This document shows positions 28,522 to 43,330 of a stretch of DNA of 64,000 bases, piece by piece. This DNA comes from Chrysomallon squamiferum (taxonomy: Eukaryota; Animalia; Mollusca). A program made the translations under genes and the position numbers. Under the pieces are notes generated by a model. The model saw only the letters and a list, made by a program, of their open reading frames with translations. It ran no database searches and was not told the origin of the DNA. Position 1 is the stretch's first letter, and every line of letters starts with the position of its first letter. The stretch spans positions 20,398,001-20,462,000 of the forward strand of contig CM022679.1 in NCBI GenBank assembly GCA_012295275.1, in the 5' to 3' direction.

Positions 28522-28786
28522 ATGATTTTAAAAATAACATCAAGGTAATAGATTTAACCTGCAACACCAACTTAAAAAATAAAACAATTTATCATTTTTA
28601 AAAGCTTTTAAATCAACTTGTATTTTAACCAAAAAATTAAGATAATTTTTATGATAAATTAAAAAGTTAAAATGGAAATGATAACACTTTATTACCACAT
28701 GTCATTTAAAATCAAATTTCATTTATTAAAACAGTTTTCATTTATTTTTGTCAAACTTTCATCTAATTAAAATGCAAGAAAAAAAT

Positions 28787-28836
28787 GTATATATATATAT
28801 ATATATATATATATTACATATATTACATATACATGT

Positions 28837-28867
<31 letters not shown>

Positions 28868-28900
28868 CATGTATACACACACACGTGTGTGTGTGTGTGT
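28787..28900. repeat. Compound (TA)n / (CA)n(TG)n tract, partly palindromic
   Basis: Two TA runs followed by the palindrome ACACACACACGTGTGTGTGT. Confidence 0.9.
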
Positions 28901-31900
28901 TTTATTGTTTTTTTTAAATGTAGGAGTATTTCCAAAATAAAAGTTTTCAAAGTTTATATTAACATTCATATATAACTTTTATAAAAGTTAATAAAGAAAA
29001 TGTCTGCATTGGACTATTTCCTAATGGTGTCATGTAAAGGAATTCATGGCATTGTTGCCAGGCGCTGGGTAGCTGGCATCTGACATTATTTACTGGAGAT
29101 GGGCGGATGGTTGGCAGTGGCCACCCATACTTGTTTTCACAGAAGATACTTAGTTCAGTTAATGCATTGCTTACTAAAATTCTAGGAGGTGTGAATGCTT
29201 GGAACATTGAAATTCCTTACTGACTTGAGTTCAGGGATTTTTATCTCCTATCTTTTGGCTTTTCTAAAGAAAATCCACACAGGCTTGGCCTTATGAATTC
29301 AGTACAGTCCATATTCTCTAGCAGATAACTGTTGTACCCCTGCAGTCATTTGCTTTGATGGACGTGTGTCACAGGGGAACAGTCCAATATTTAGGGGAGT
29401 TAGGTTTTTGCTTATCAGTGAAAGTCTTTGAGAAAAGTTCTGTTATCTTGCATAATAAAGTGTGGACTGTTAGGAAATATTCCTGATAGGTATCAGATAT
29501 TAATAGGCACTGACCAGATAATGTATTGACATTTTGGAAATATCTGTTTTCATCCCACACTTACCTTTGTCACCTGAGCTCAGCCTGTTCCAAGTGCCAA
29601 GAAAATTTTCATTTTTGTCATGCTCTGTAAACTTGACATGAAACATCAATATCCATTGCAAAGAGTGATTAATGGTCATGTAACCACACAAAAAGTGAAC
29701 AATTCCAGGCGCCTGTTTTCACTAAATCTCTTTGATATTAATTTTTGGCAGTGTAATGGCCGTTTCTTGTTGAAAATAAATGTTTTCTTGCACTCAGCAA
29801 CAGGCACCTGGGGTCAAGGGTCATTGGTTTAGGTTGCATGTTTATATTGCCCATTGAAAATAAGTACTAGAAAACCCAAGTTATGCATATTTACTTTTGT
29901 GGCAGATGCTTCCAACCTGGAAGACTCAGTGTATTTGTATACTAAAATGTTAAAATAATCCTTTTTCACAGCTTCTTAGCTTCTTTTTCTTGTTTTTCTC
30001 TGTTTCTGCTCAGGTGTCTGGTAAAAATTTGACATTCACTTTAAGAAAAAACCCATTAAAACATTCCTTCAGTGTATAGTTTCTAGAAATTGAGTAAAAT
30101 TAAAATTAAATTTATGTTACAAAACTGGAGGAGGACCTAGAAAAAAGTTTTAAAACTAATAATTAATCATTTGTTGCTTATTATTACAACATTTTCTCAT
30201 ACTTTAAATTTTAATTATTACCCTTCTTTTAAAACATTTTAACAATTTTACTTATCCTCCATTTTTTTTATACATGTTCTCATTTTCATTTTTCTATTTT
30301 CTTTTTTCTTTTTCTTTTTTTTTCAAATTTTATTTTTCAATTTCATGGCTGTGTAAAATATTTCCCAGGCAGACAGGTGCACATTTGGTTCACATGAATT
30401 ATAAAATTTATTAAACTTAGGTTTCCTGTGACATTGTTCACATTGATTAAGGCATTTTGACTTTGAAACAGGTTTTAATCTGAAGGTCCTCAAGTCAATA
30501 AATTCTTTTATAAATAAGAGAGACAAAATACCATTGAACTTTTTTCTTTCTATTTAAATATATAAATAAAAATCATTTCCATATATTTTAATCCATTTCA
30601 TTTGTTTTTAAAGTTAATTGTTCATATGTGTGTTGTGTATGTGTGTGTGTGTGTGTGTAAATAATTTAAAATGTTATTAATAAACAGAATATTTCAAACT
30701 TATTTTTTCAATATTAATGGTTCCAAAAAGCTACAGAAAAAATGACTGAAAATATGTCTCTTCATGGAGGTGGGAACATCATTAGGACTAATTCAGACAT
30801 TTTTATAAAATAGCCAGTGTATGGACCCTGGATAAACATGTGTATTTTTTTTGTATCTCTCTCTCTCTGTCTCTCTACTTTTTGAGAGAGAAAAAAATTC
30901 TTTAGAGGTATATTTATAGTTTAACATCATTTACATGTAAGAAATCAATACCATCTTGGATGTGTATTGTTCAATGTAAAATAAGTAACTAATGAACTAA
31001 CAACAACTTTGAATTATTAATTACATAATTCTGTCCATCAAAATTAAAAAATCATAATGACTTAATTTATTAGATATCTAAGCATAGATTTTTATGTAAG
31101 TTCCTTAGTTCACCAAAGTTTGTTCACAAATACTATTCATATTGAAAACAATTATTAATATATTATTATTAGTAATAGTAGTAATGGTAGTAGTGGTAGT
31201 ATTTATTTTACAATTTATTTATCATTATTTTATTTTTTATTTTTTTGAAATTGATCAATAAAATTAATTCAGAACCATGAAATAAAATGAAAATATAAAG
31301 GAAAGATGATAACTGTTGCAGAAGATACTTCTTCATTCACAATGGAAAATAGATTCCTTCTCAAAGAAAGAATCTAAATAGACATTACTTGGATTAACAT
31401 TAATAAAATGTAACAGTTAAGAAGTTATAATAATAAATGAAGGTAGTAAAATAACACTTTTTATTGTTTGAGATTAAGAAGAATTATTTTAATGTATGGA
31501 CAGACTGAATTGTAAACATTGTAAAAAAATATATTTATTTTATTGGAAAGTAATTACAGCATAATGAAATGACATTATTTTGGTTAAAAAAAAAAAAAAC
31601 TCAATGAGATTTATCATTAAGATTTTAAACTAAGAAACTATGAATTGATTTTTATATTTTTAATCATTTTAGAAATCCATATTCTTTCTATGATGTATCA
31701 TTAATGTTTCACAGATCTTGTTTGTGAAATGTAATAATTTGAAATCTTTTACTATTTGGTCTAAATAAATTGTGTTTGCCAACACACTTGTGAGCTGAAT
31801 GGTCTTTTAACTGTCTATAACATCGCAATGTTTTCCCTGACACATTCATGAGCTTCTTTCCAATGCCATCATTTGCACTGGTTGTTTCAGTCCGCATTCA

Positions 31901-34702
31901 GCGTTTGTTATTTTTCAAATAAATATCACCACTGCAGGGTGTGCAAAGTTTGTTTTGTCTTGTGTGCACACACGGGCACATTTTCAGTCCAATTTTCTTC
32001 ATCCATTTTATTAGCAGCCCTCGGCATGTTTTGTGAATGGAACATTTTCGAATTGCGTCAGGCCCCTTTTTTTCCACAACACTGAAATCTGTGTGACTCG
32101 AGTGGGTAAATACAATTGATTTGACCAAAGCTTTGGAGATCTCTTGGGAAGCTGGCTTTAGCAAATATTAGCAATCTGCACAAAAACAGATTCTGTGATC
32201 GTTCCCTTGGGGTGCTCGTCTTCCACTGTACGTTCGAACACCTGATGGTTTAAAGTGGTGAGATGTGCCATTTCACCAGCTTTATGTTTTGCCATCTTGA
32301 TTAGGAAAAGTGAACAGATAATTCAGTCATGTTTGCTGATAAATGTCCCAAGGCTAAGGTCAACGATACTGGCTAGATTATTGCCACCAGAGGTTGTCAG
32401 GGGAAATAATGTTTGCAGTTATTGTTTCAGTTAATTTGAGTAATTTTGGTGTCAATTGTCAGTTTGGAATTTATGCTTTAATTGTGGTGTAGCTTTTCAC
32501 ATTGTGATCAGCTGAATTCAGCATTCCTCTGGGTTTAGTAATATTATTATATTTTTTTCTCTAAACATAATTTCTAATGAATGTTCTTGAAGAGAAAAAT
32601 AACATTAAAACTATTTCAGTTTAGTTTTTTTATCCATCAAAAATAAAATAAAAATAAAAATAATAAAATAAAATAAAATAAAATAAAATAAAAAATAAAA
32701 AAATTAAATAAAATAAAATAATTGCTGAAGGACTAAGAAACCAAAATTATAATTAATAATATCATCTATCCATTCATCTAAAATATTAAATCAATAATAA
32801 ATAAATAGAATATTTTCATAAAATTACTTTACCACTTTTATTATATCTCTTCAGTATTTTAATAATCAGAAAAGGTTAATTATATATATATATTTTTTTT
32901 TTCTTCAAATCTGAAGCTGTTAAGTTTTTAATTAAATTTATATAATTTAAACAGTTTATTTCAAGCAATGAAATATTGTGGGTGTTTTGAAATATTAAAA
33001 ATATTATCAGTTTGTTGTAATTGTTTTCAGTTAAAAGGATAATGATGTGTGGGTAATTTGTGTAGCTAGACCCATAGGTTAAGAATAAATGTTTTTGGCA
33101 GTATCTGTATAAATAAACACTTGTCATTTACAAGTGTATTTGCTCATAATAGATAAGAGAGAACTGTGCAGTGGCTGGTGGCTTTTTTTTTTTTAGGAGG
33201 TGTTCCCTGAACCTTTTTTTAAAGTGACATTGTTCACAATTAATAATCTTTAACAGATCATTGATTTAAAACTTACGTAAAAAAAAAAAAAAAAATTAAC
33301 ACATTTAGTCTCTTTTGTAGGATTATTAATTAATAAAAAATAGAGAAAAGGCTGTTTAAATATATTAGATACAAAAGAAATGTAAATATTTGTGTTCAAA
33401 TAGAATTATTTTTTAAATTTTGGAATCTCTTGCATTGATATTTCTTGCAATAATTGTGTGTATTTGCAGTGATTTTTAATAAGTCTCCTGCATCAGATAA
33501 TTGGTAGTGTTGGTTTTTGATGTGTGAGAATTTCACATGGTTTGATTCACTTCACTTCAAAATCCCAATTCATTATTACAGTAACCTAGAATTCAATGTA
33601 GTTTTAATCTTATAATTAATTTGCAGTTTCATCTGCACATCATTGGCTTGTCATAAGGTTGTAGGGTCATCTTAATTGTAGCTATGAATGTTCTTTTGAT
33701 CTTGTGTGATATTGATCATATTGTACCACCATATGATGACCACTGTTCAAGGTAACTAAGAAGTATGTAATAATTTTTCAAATTTGCTTGTATTACTTTG
33801 TAGTTTTTGAATTACTTAAAACATTTTTTAATGTAATTTCCCACCCCTCTAATGGTGCTTGATATTTAAAAAAAAAAAAAGCATATTTATAACAACCACA
33901 ATAACAATAATAATTATTATTATTATAATATGCAATTTCAAAATTATTACTATTTATTAATGAATGTAGATTTGTTTTAACTGTTAATTTTGTTTTGAAT
34001 TTTTTCAAAAGCAATATTTTGAAAATTTGTTTTTTGTTTGTGTGTGTGTGTGTGTGTGCATTCATATATACATACTGATATATGAAAATATTTACCTTAA
34101 AATAAAATTAATTTCTTTCTTCTTTTCTTTTTTCTTAATTTAGCAACCTGCTTGATACTTAGTAATTTGTTTGCTTCAAAAATATAGCAACATTTTTTTG
34201 TTTATTTAAACTTAAAAAACCCCAAATATTATGGTATTTTCCAAAATTCTACAGATCTCCAGAATTTATAATATACAACTGGATATGTTAACATTTTAAA
34301 AGTATTTTCTTTCATTAAGAAATTTGTTTGGTATTTCATTTCAGCTTCATTCTAAACAGCAATTCACACTTTTATTTTATTCTTTTTAAAAGGCTGTTAC
34401 ATGTGCTTTCCTGTCACTGGGAAGAGCATTTAAAACATTTCTTATTGATAAGAATACCATAAATGTGACATCCAACAGACAGTACAGAAAATTAATCTAT
34501 GTACTGGATTGATTTCATCAAAAAAACAAAAAAGAACAACAAAAAACCCCAATCTTTATAAACATTTAGTCACTGTTTAATAATATTTTGTCATTTTTGT
34601 TTATTTATTTATCTATTCATTTATTTAGTTTTTTAATTTGATTTTTATTTTATTAATTAGTTCATCAGAGACCATTAGTAAGTTTTCGAATAATCTTTTC
34701 AG

Positions 34703-34814
34703 GGAAGCAAGCTGGGATTGGTTCAGCCTCCTTACCCAGGGTTGGTGATGGAGTTCGGCACCCCTCCCCCAGCACACATGGGTATACCTCCAATACACAC
34801 AGACGCCAAAACAG
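34703..34814 (+). CDS. Tcf: TCF exon (112 nt, phase 0 to 1): GSKLGLVQPPYPGLVMEFGTPPPAHMGIPPIHTDAKT(G)
   Basis: CTTTTCAG acceptor and CAG|GTAACT donor; PPPAHMGIPP..D.KTG is a conserved TCF motif. Confidence 0.95.
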
Positions 34815-36613
34815 GTAACTTTCTTTTATCTGCATATTTATACTTTATATTCATATGTTAGTTTTCTTTTCTGAATATGAACATTACTGTTGAATTGTTT
34901 TATATAATGATTTGAAAACATTGGTTCAGTTCCATGCAGTTGCTTGTGGTAGTTGGTTTACCAAGGATGTTGCCATGGAGTTGTTAATTTAGCCACTTAA
35001 TTTAATTTTTTTCTTTTCCTTTCTATTTTTTCTTATCATTTTTAAAAAATGTATTTATTTATTTATTGATTTATTTATTGTTTTTTGTTTTTGACTTCAC
35101 TCATTTTTAACAATGTTCTTTTATCAGATGTGGTTTAAAGCATTAAATGGTCTAACTGCTAAGAAAAATGCAATGGACACTAATTATTATATTTTTTTTT
35201 TTGTATTTTATTTCTTGTAACATGGCATTTCTCTGGTGTGGTTATTTTCTTAGATGTAATTGTTAGATGATAAAGAATTACACACAAACACACACATTTT
35301 ACTTTTTAAATGTGAAATTGCAACCTTATGAAAGTTTGTGGGTTTATTTTGTCATTTTATTATTTTATTTTATTTTATTTTTATTTTTATTTTTGAGAAA
35401 TTTAAAAAAATTTACACAATGTAATATATAAAAATATATTTTTGGTTCTGTAATTCTAATACTACAGGTTTATTTTTTCAATATAGTGTTAATAACATAA
35501 ATGTCACTATGTATCCAAAACGTATTGTTTTTACATATTATTCATTATTCATTACAATTTTGTTTTGGTTGTGTTTTTTTATTATTTAAAAATGTAAATA
35601 AATAGCAGGGGATTTTAAAACATTAAACTGGTGAAATTAAATTTGTACTTGGTTATTTTATATTAGAACTGGCAAATTTCTACATTTGTCATCTCATGTT
35701 GTTATTTTTATAAACACTGTTTCATTTTTGTTTAAAAACACAATATTGATAATTGTAATTAAATTATGTCAAAATTAATTTTGATATGCTTCAGTGAAGG
35801 CAGTATAAACTTTTTTTTGTTTTTTGCATTTTTTTTGTTTTTTCAAATTTACTTTAAATTAAAAAAAACATTTTTTTTTGCTAATATTTTATAAATGCAC
35901 ACAAATGTGCAAGAAAATTCAAAATTTATGTAAATGAGTGTGTGTGTTTGTGTGTCATAAGTTAGTTTAACATGTTCCATTGTTGCTAATTTTTAAAATA
36001 TATCGGTGCCAAATAATAGTATTCCTTTAAACTATTTCATTTACCTGAGTTTGTTTATCATTAAATAAATTCTTTCATTTTACTTTTTATGTCAAAATGT
36101 TTATATACCATACAGTTAAAAACTTCCAGTATTTACATATCTTCTTTCAATGACAGTTTTTGTGTAGAAACTTGAAAACCTTCAGCAAGCTGTCTGTCTG
36201 TATCATACTGATGTTCTGTGTGTATCTGCATGCATGGATGTATATTCTGTGTGTGTGTATGCACCTGTGTATATTTTGTATGTGTGTAAGCATGTATGAA
36301 AATGTATATATTTATGTAAATGTGATGAAATGTCACAGTTGAAAATGTGTGTAGGTATGTATGTATAGCTAATGAGATACATTAAAGATAATGATGTAGA
36401 TGACAGTAAAATTCATCTCATACAAGACACAGAATCTGTAACAGTTATTAATTTTTTTTAATTTAGTTTTTCTCAGAGCCTGTGATCCACATTTCAGTAA
36501 TGTATTCTCATTAGAAACTAATCCAACACAGCTAATTAATATTCTCATATTAATACAAAACCTATTTATTGCAATAATACTGTTTTGTGGGTACTGTTTC
36601 CATTTATTATTGC

Positions 36614-36614
<1 letters not shown>

Positions 36615-36662
<48 letters not shown>
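36615..36662. repeat. (ATT)n microsatellite
   Basis: Directly visible. Confidence 0.95.
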
Positions 36663-36665
<3 letters not shown>

Positions 36666-37291
36666 TTCAGTTCTATTTTTTTCTGAAACTTTAAAAATTC
36701 AGTTATCTGAAATATTTTGGGTTACATATGTCATGCAGTTTGTTCAAGACACTGTTTAGGCAGATTCACTGAGGTTTGATCAGTTGTATATAATTTTATA
36801 TCATAACATACTGGCAGGTATATACTGCAATGTTTGACACATACAAATGGTTTCATTTGAAATGAAAATCTGTCCCAAGTTAAAAATTAAAACTGTTTTC
36901 TGTTTACATTACATTTTGTGAGGTCGTTGCATATAAGTGACATTTTCATATCTGAATATAATTTTCTTATTATTAATTTTATTTATATATTTTATTTATT
37001 ATCTTTTCTTTTCTTTTCAGTTTTCTTTCGTTATTATTATTATTTATTTTATTACTATTATTATTACTATTTTTTTTTTTGGTCATTCATGTTATCATAA
37101 TATATATGACTGTAAACGACAAAATTTGGAGACTTTTAATAACAGGTAAATAAATTACTCTGATACCTGTATTATTTGTTTAATATTTTATTTGTATATA
37201 TTTGAACTTTTTTAAAGTTCAGTGTTTAATTTTTCTATTATGTATTTTTTATTTATTTGTTTTAAAATTTTGATATAAAACACTGCATTTC

Positions 37292-37404
<113 letters not shown>

Positions 37405-38031
37405 ATTTTCAGATAGTTTTCACTGATTTCTATTTATATTTGGTGTGTATGTATTTTTAGGGCAGGAAGCCAACAATTTAGGCAAGCCCTGTATTTGTAA
37501 GATGAAAATCTTAGTTTCTTTTCTCTTCTCAATTTTTTATTTTTTTTTTTTTTTAAACTTAAAAAATCCTATTTATATAATATATAGAAATGTATCCTCT
37601 TTGCTTTTTGTTCTTTTTTTCATATCCTCAGTCTACTGTGAATGACCTGTGATTTGTTTTGTTAAAAACACACACACACACACACACACACAAAAAAAAA
37701 TAAAAAATAAATAACAACCTTTGATTTTTGTGTAAATGTGAATGTATATTTATAAAAGTAAAAATAAACAACTGTCAAGTTAATTGATCTGGTACTGACC
37801 CCTGGCTAAGTTTTTTGTTTTCAACTTGTGGGACATCACAACTTATTAAGTAATACTTTATAATGGTGATTTTCTTCAAAGCAGGGCTAAATGGGATATG
37901 TGGACACCAAGCAAGTGTCAAAATGTCTGTTTTTTATGATTGTTTCTCTTTAACTTCTTAACAGGGCATTTTCATTCAAATTAACTTTCGAAAATTTATC
38001 CAGGTTCCATAATGGTAACAATCTTGGGGTT

Positions 38032-38072
<41 letters not shown>

Positions 38073-40180
38073 CTTTTAATATGTTCATGCCACTAATTAT
38101 AAACTTTGTCTATTTTCATTTTTTATATATATATATATATATATATCTGATTTTATTTATTTTCTTTTGTTTAATTTTAATTTTGGGGGGAATGGGATGG
38201 GATGTTTGAGTTTGAAAAATACATTTTAAAAATTAACTAAAGGTCCTTCACAGTACTGCTTAGTTAGTTCTATAGCTTTTTAAAAAAACAGAACAGTGCC
38301 ATCATTCCCCATTTTCTTGGATACCAAATTTATGCCCAAATGGATAAACAACTGTTATTTTGATATCAAACAAAACCTCTTTGATGATAGATAAAAGAAA
38401 GAAAATTATAAATATGTTTGTTACATTTCTACATTTTACTGTTCCAAAAGTATTTATGGTAAACAGAATGTTTTAAATTTGATTGGATTGTTTCAAATTT
38501 ATCTTTCTTATAATCTTCATTTCTATAGTTTTTATTTTTATATATTTCTTTATTTATTCTTTTATTTTTATTTTTATCTTTATTATATATATATTTTTTT
38601 TTTTCCAACATACATTTCATGCCAGTTTATCTTACTAAACAATGTCACAATTTGCAACTTAGAGCATGCTATTTTCTTTCTCACAGTGAAGAATATATTT
38701 AGTTTTCATTTATCTATAATTGTCACAGTTACAGCCCTTCTTCTAATCTTCATTGTTCATGTTTTGACACTGTTATCTTAACATTTATTTTTGTTTATCA
38801 GTGATTAAATACATATTATTTCTGATAAATTTTCCTTCTCTTTCTTAAGTGTCTTTGTATCAAAACATAAAATTTCAATAACTAAAAACAAAATATAGAG
38901 TGAAATTTAAAAAAAAAAAAAAAACTTTCTTTTATAGGTACATCAAAATAAATACCAACACATTAAATATCAGAAATTATGAACAAAAATAATGAATTTA
39001 ATGTAAGAATATTTTTCTGACAATTAAATTTCAAAAATTAAGAACAAAATAATCAGTGCCGTTTACAGAGATGTATTAAATATGTAATTAGAAAGATGTA
39101 AACTAAAACAAGCACACAACACCAGCCCAGTTAATGCTTACTGCATGATCCTGCAATCTGCCAGTCAGCTGTCAGTGAAAGGTAGAAAGCATCTTGTACA
39201 TATGGCTCCTTTAGTTTGTAGTAAATATATCATTTCACAGTAGATGCATTTTTTTTTAGCTGGGATGTTGTTAAGCATTAATTAGTTTATTTATTCATTT
39301 ATCCAATAGTTTATTTATTCATTTATTCAATAAAGCTCAGTGGAAAGAGAGATAATTTTCTAATTCTATCATAAGTAAATTGTAACCAATGTTACAGTAT
39401 TTCAGTTAAAGATAAAAAGTTTACAATTTTATTGAGAACTTTTGTGAATTGTTTTTATTACAATTCAGTAATAATTTTAAAATTGTGCAAATTTTTATTT
39501 TTTTACCTTTATGAAAATGTGTTATTTTAAATAAGGTATTCTATACCAGTAATTCTGTTCATGTTTTTGGAAACAGAATTCCCCAAAACTATTTCTGAAA
39601 TTGAGAAAAAGCTAAATTTTTCTATGACAATTTGAGAATCTGATTTTATGCCTCAGTTTGAAAATTTGGTAAATGTTCAGTAAATAAAAAAATGTGAAAA
39701 ATAAATTTTTGCATGGTACTGTAGATAATGAACTATGTGTTGATGATTTTAAAGCCTAAGATGTATTTTTTTATTTATTTATTTTTAAATTGTATTTATT
39801 TATTTATTCATTTGTTTTTAAATTTTATTTATTTATTTATTTATTTACTTATTTATTTTATTTTTAATTGCTGAAATCATTTAAGTGTTATTTTATAAAT
39901 GGGGGCACAAATATTTAAAAAAAAAATGTTTTGAAAATCTTCATAGCAAAACAACAAATGCATTAACAGGCTGTTGCCTCCAAGTGACATATTTATTGTG
40001 TATTAATGTTCATTGACTGGTGGGGGGAGGGTTTTACACTTGTCACTTCTTCACATTAAATATTTTAATTTATTAGTATGAACGCAACAGATTTGGTACA
40101 CAGGTGTGGAAACTATTTCAATTTTAATTTTATAGTTTATATTTAAAATGATTTGTGGATTTTTCTTCTTCTTCTTTCAG

Positions 40181-40271
40181 GGTTACCCCGTCCGCCGATG
40201 TATGCATACCCAACTCATCCTGGCCAGTTTCCTCCACATCTATACGGTCCAGAATTATCATCTGTGCATTG
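40181..40271 (+). CDS. Tcf: TCF exon (91 nt, phase 1 to 2): GLPRPPMYAYPTHPGQFPPHLYGPELSSVH(W)
   Basis: Strong pyrimidine tract plus CAG acceptor and TG|GTAATA donor; G.PRP motif of the TCF context/Groucho-interacting region; phases fit both neighbours. Confidence 0.93.
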
Positions 40272-42521
40272 GTAATAAAAAAATAAAAATATACGTGTGT
40301 ATACGGCACACACACACACACAAACATACACCCACATGCACACATACACAGATATACATATACAATTATATGTGCTTCAGTTGTTTTAAATAGCAGATCA
40401 GTTTTGGTTTATGTTAATTTTTTTCATTTTATTTTTTTCTTCTTAAATTTAAAAATTAATTTTTTTTTAACCTCAGATTTCAATAAATAACCAAAAACAA
40501 TTTCTTACTTTCATTTATGGAAGGATGTTGATGGTGGTAATATAGAATAGTAAATACTGGTTAGAAAAAAATATATTCGGGCAATTGAGCTAAAAAAAGA
40601 AAGAAAAAAACCCCAACAAAACATACATTAAAAACAATTCCATAACCAATAATATCTAAGATCATCACAAGAACAGAAAACTGATTTCTAAATGGTAACA
40701 CACATGAAGAAAAAACAAAACAACATAAATCATAAATTAGAAGAAAAAAAATTCATAAATCAAAAACCTAACTGTCCATTCCCAGGGTTGTTTATGTTCT
40801 TTCAGCCTCCATAATTTATGGCTAAGTTCTGAGTCAAAGAGTACTCCAATCTTTTTAAAACATTTTTAAAAAAGGAATTTATTTTTATTTTATTTTATAT
40901 TCAGAAGTCATATAAGTGTCAGATGCCACAAGTCTTGCAATTACAATAGATAGACTTCAGGTCTTGTCAGTTTTAACAGTAATTTACAATTATACTCACC
41001 AAGATATAACAACATGTTTGATCATTCTGGATGGGAAGGGAGTAGTGTCAGAGATATTATATTTGGCAGATAGCTGCCAAATGTTATAAGTGATCCTTGT
41101 ATTTGGCAACATATAATTTGCATTTCGAAGCCTGTTTTTTTTTGTGTGTTTTTTTTTTTGATGATGTTGGTGTCCTCAGAGATGTTACCAAGTCTTTATA
41201 AGTTTCTATTATCTTGCTTGCAAATTGTTGTAAGTAATTTGTAATTGAGTGGCAGCTTTATCTTCTGGGCTTCGTTCAAAGCTAATAATGATGTCAAAAT
41301 GCTACCATGTTTGGTTGATAATGTCTCAGTAATCCAAACACACCACTTCAATTAGATATGCAGCATTTTCCAGAAAGGATTGGCATCACGGTTTCATTGT
41401 TGTCTGGCAGGACAGAGTGTTGGTAATTATTTTCAGTCAAGAGCTTATGGCAAATTGTTAGTCTTCAAGCAAATAACAAGTTGGCTGTTTCGCATCCACA
41501 GACTTTGATTAATGTGAATTATTCTGCTTTTAAAGACTGTGTCTTAATGTACCACATTACCAGTTAATAATGTCAGGTTTGATTAACTGATGATAGGGTT
41601 TTTCCAGAATCTAAAAAATGTGTGGTTATTTTGCTCTTTATAAAGCCATTTAATAAATGGAAAAGCTAAGATAATAATACAAATAATTTTTAAAATCTTG
41701 TCTAACAAATGAGAATTATTTTTCATTCCTTATTTCTTTCCTTATTTTAATTTCTTTTTTTTTCTGCTTCTTCTTTTGAAATTTGTCTTTCAAAATAAAT
41801 CTATAATTGTACAGTAGAAATGATCATATTGATTTTAATATAATACATACTTTTAAATAAGCACTGCATTCAGTTACATTACAAGCTTTACTAAAGAAAT
41901 CGTACAACTATTAAATTAATTAATACAGTACAGTAACTAAGCTGAAATACACATTAAATAGCAATCAGTTTTAATTGGTCCACACAAAAAGTATAGTTCC
42001 CTGAAATCTGAAAGAATTATTCTGCAAGTGAAAGGTGTAAATTAGTGCAGTTAGTTTGTGCTAAATTATAGCTGTATAAATTGTTGGCAAAGAAGCATCA
42101 GATTTAAAACATTAAATTCTAGAACATTTCCATTTTAACTATCTTGACATTAAAACTTTCGCAATTAAACTAAAAATAAATTAATGGCTATTTCAAAAGA
42201 TAATGTGATTTCAGATTCTGTGTATGGTTTTCTGGTTGTTTTTTGGATTTTCTTTTTTTTTTTCCTGGTTTGTTTTTTGTTTGTTCATTTGTTTTGGAAT
42301 TTGTTCTTTTCTTTTCTGTTCTTTTGTGGGTTATTTATTTATTTATTTATTTATTAATTTATTTATTTAATTTGCTTCTGCAAATTATGTACAGAATATT
42401 TCTTCTTTTTATTATTATCTTTCATTATATAATTATTATTTTAAAACATTTCTCTAATTTTTATTTGGTGACAATCTATACACATTATTTCTTTTTCTTT
42501 TCTTTCTTTACTTTATTTATT

Positions 42522-42530
<9 letters not shown>

Positions 42531-42602
<72 letters not shown>
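42531..42602. repeat. (ATT)n microsatellite
   Basis: Directly visible; produces the poly-Ile in ORF 42243..42725. Confidence 0.97.
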
Positions 42603-42970
42603 TATTTATTATTATTTTTTTTGTATTTATTTATTTTATTTTATTTTATTTTATTTTATTTTTTGTATTTTTTTTTTCTTTATTTGTATTTTTTATTTGT
42701 TTGTTTCCACAGCAGATTGCAGTAATCTGTAAGCACAATTTCTCTTTGTGCTGGTTGACAAAACTGGGTTATGTTATTTTGACAGGTTTCCTCTAATAAA
42801 AACACGTCTGCCTTCACTGGGAGGTCACCTGATTGGCAGATAATGTTTGAATGGCACGTGCCAAACCAGGCACTGAAGTTGATGTGCAACACCTTGCAAA
42901 CTGTTTCTTTCTCAGTCCTTGTTAAAATGCTTACTGATTGTTGAAAAAAATAATAATAATAAAAATAAAC

Positions 42971-43330
42971 AATTTATGGCTTTTACTGGAAGTGGTTAAA
43001 ACAGTACAGAAAATAGTTTTTCAGACATTGATTACTAAGCCATTTGTGGATTGTTTTAGAAAATAAAAAAATGAAAAAAAAAAGAGAGAAAAAAGTAGAA
43101 TAATTTATGGCTTTTACTGGAAGTGGTTAAAGTATTATTGAAATGTTGTTTTTTGGGTGTTTTTTTTTTTATATAGACTGCTAAACTGTTTATGAATTGT
43201 AGAAAAAATACAAAAGTACAAAATTGCTACAATTTGCAGTTTGTGCTGGAAATGGTTAAACAGGATGATAGAAACATTTTTATTTTTAAGTCATTGTTAA
43301 GGTAATATTTTAGTAACACTTGACATTTTT
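42971..43330. repeat. Degenerate tandem triplication, period about 130 bp
   Basis: AATTTATGGCTTTTACTGGAAGTGGTTAAA at 42971 and 43102, with a diverged copy at 43231. Confidence 0.85.

Noticed and set aside
30014-30020. 7-nt microexon GTGTCTG after a strong pyrimidine tract
   Set aside because: It would frameshift between two phase-0 exons and the donor is weak; kept only as a weak ratchet candidate.
41163-41172. 10-nt complement (GATGTTGGTG) to the sequence upstream of HMG exon A
   Set aside because: It lies beyond a constitutive exon 4 kb away, and a match of this length is expected by chance.
42243-42725. 160-aa hydrophobic ORF
   Set aside because: Translation of T-rich sequence and an (ATT)n microsatellite; not a membrane protein.
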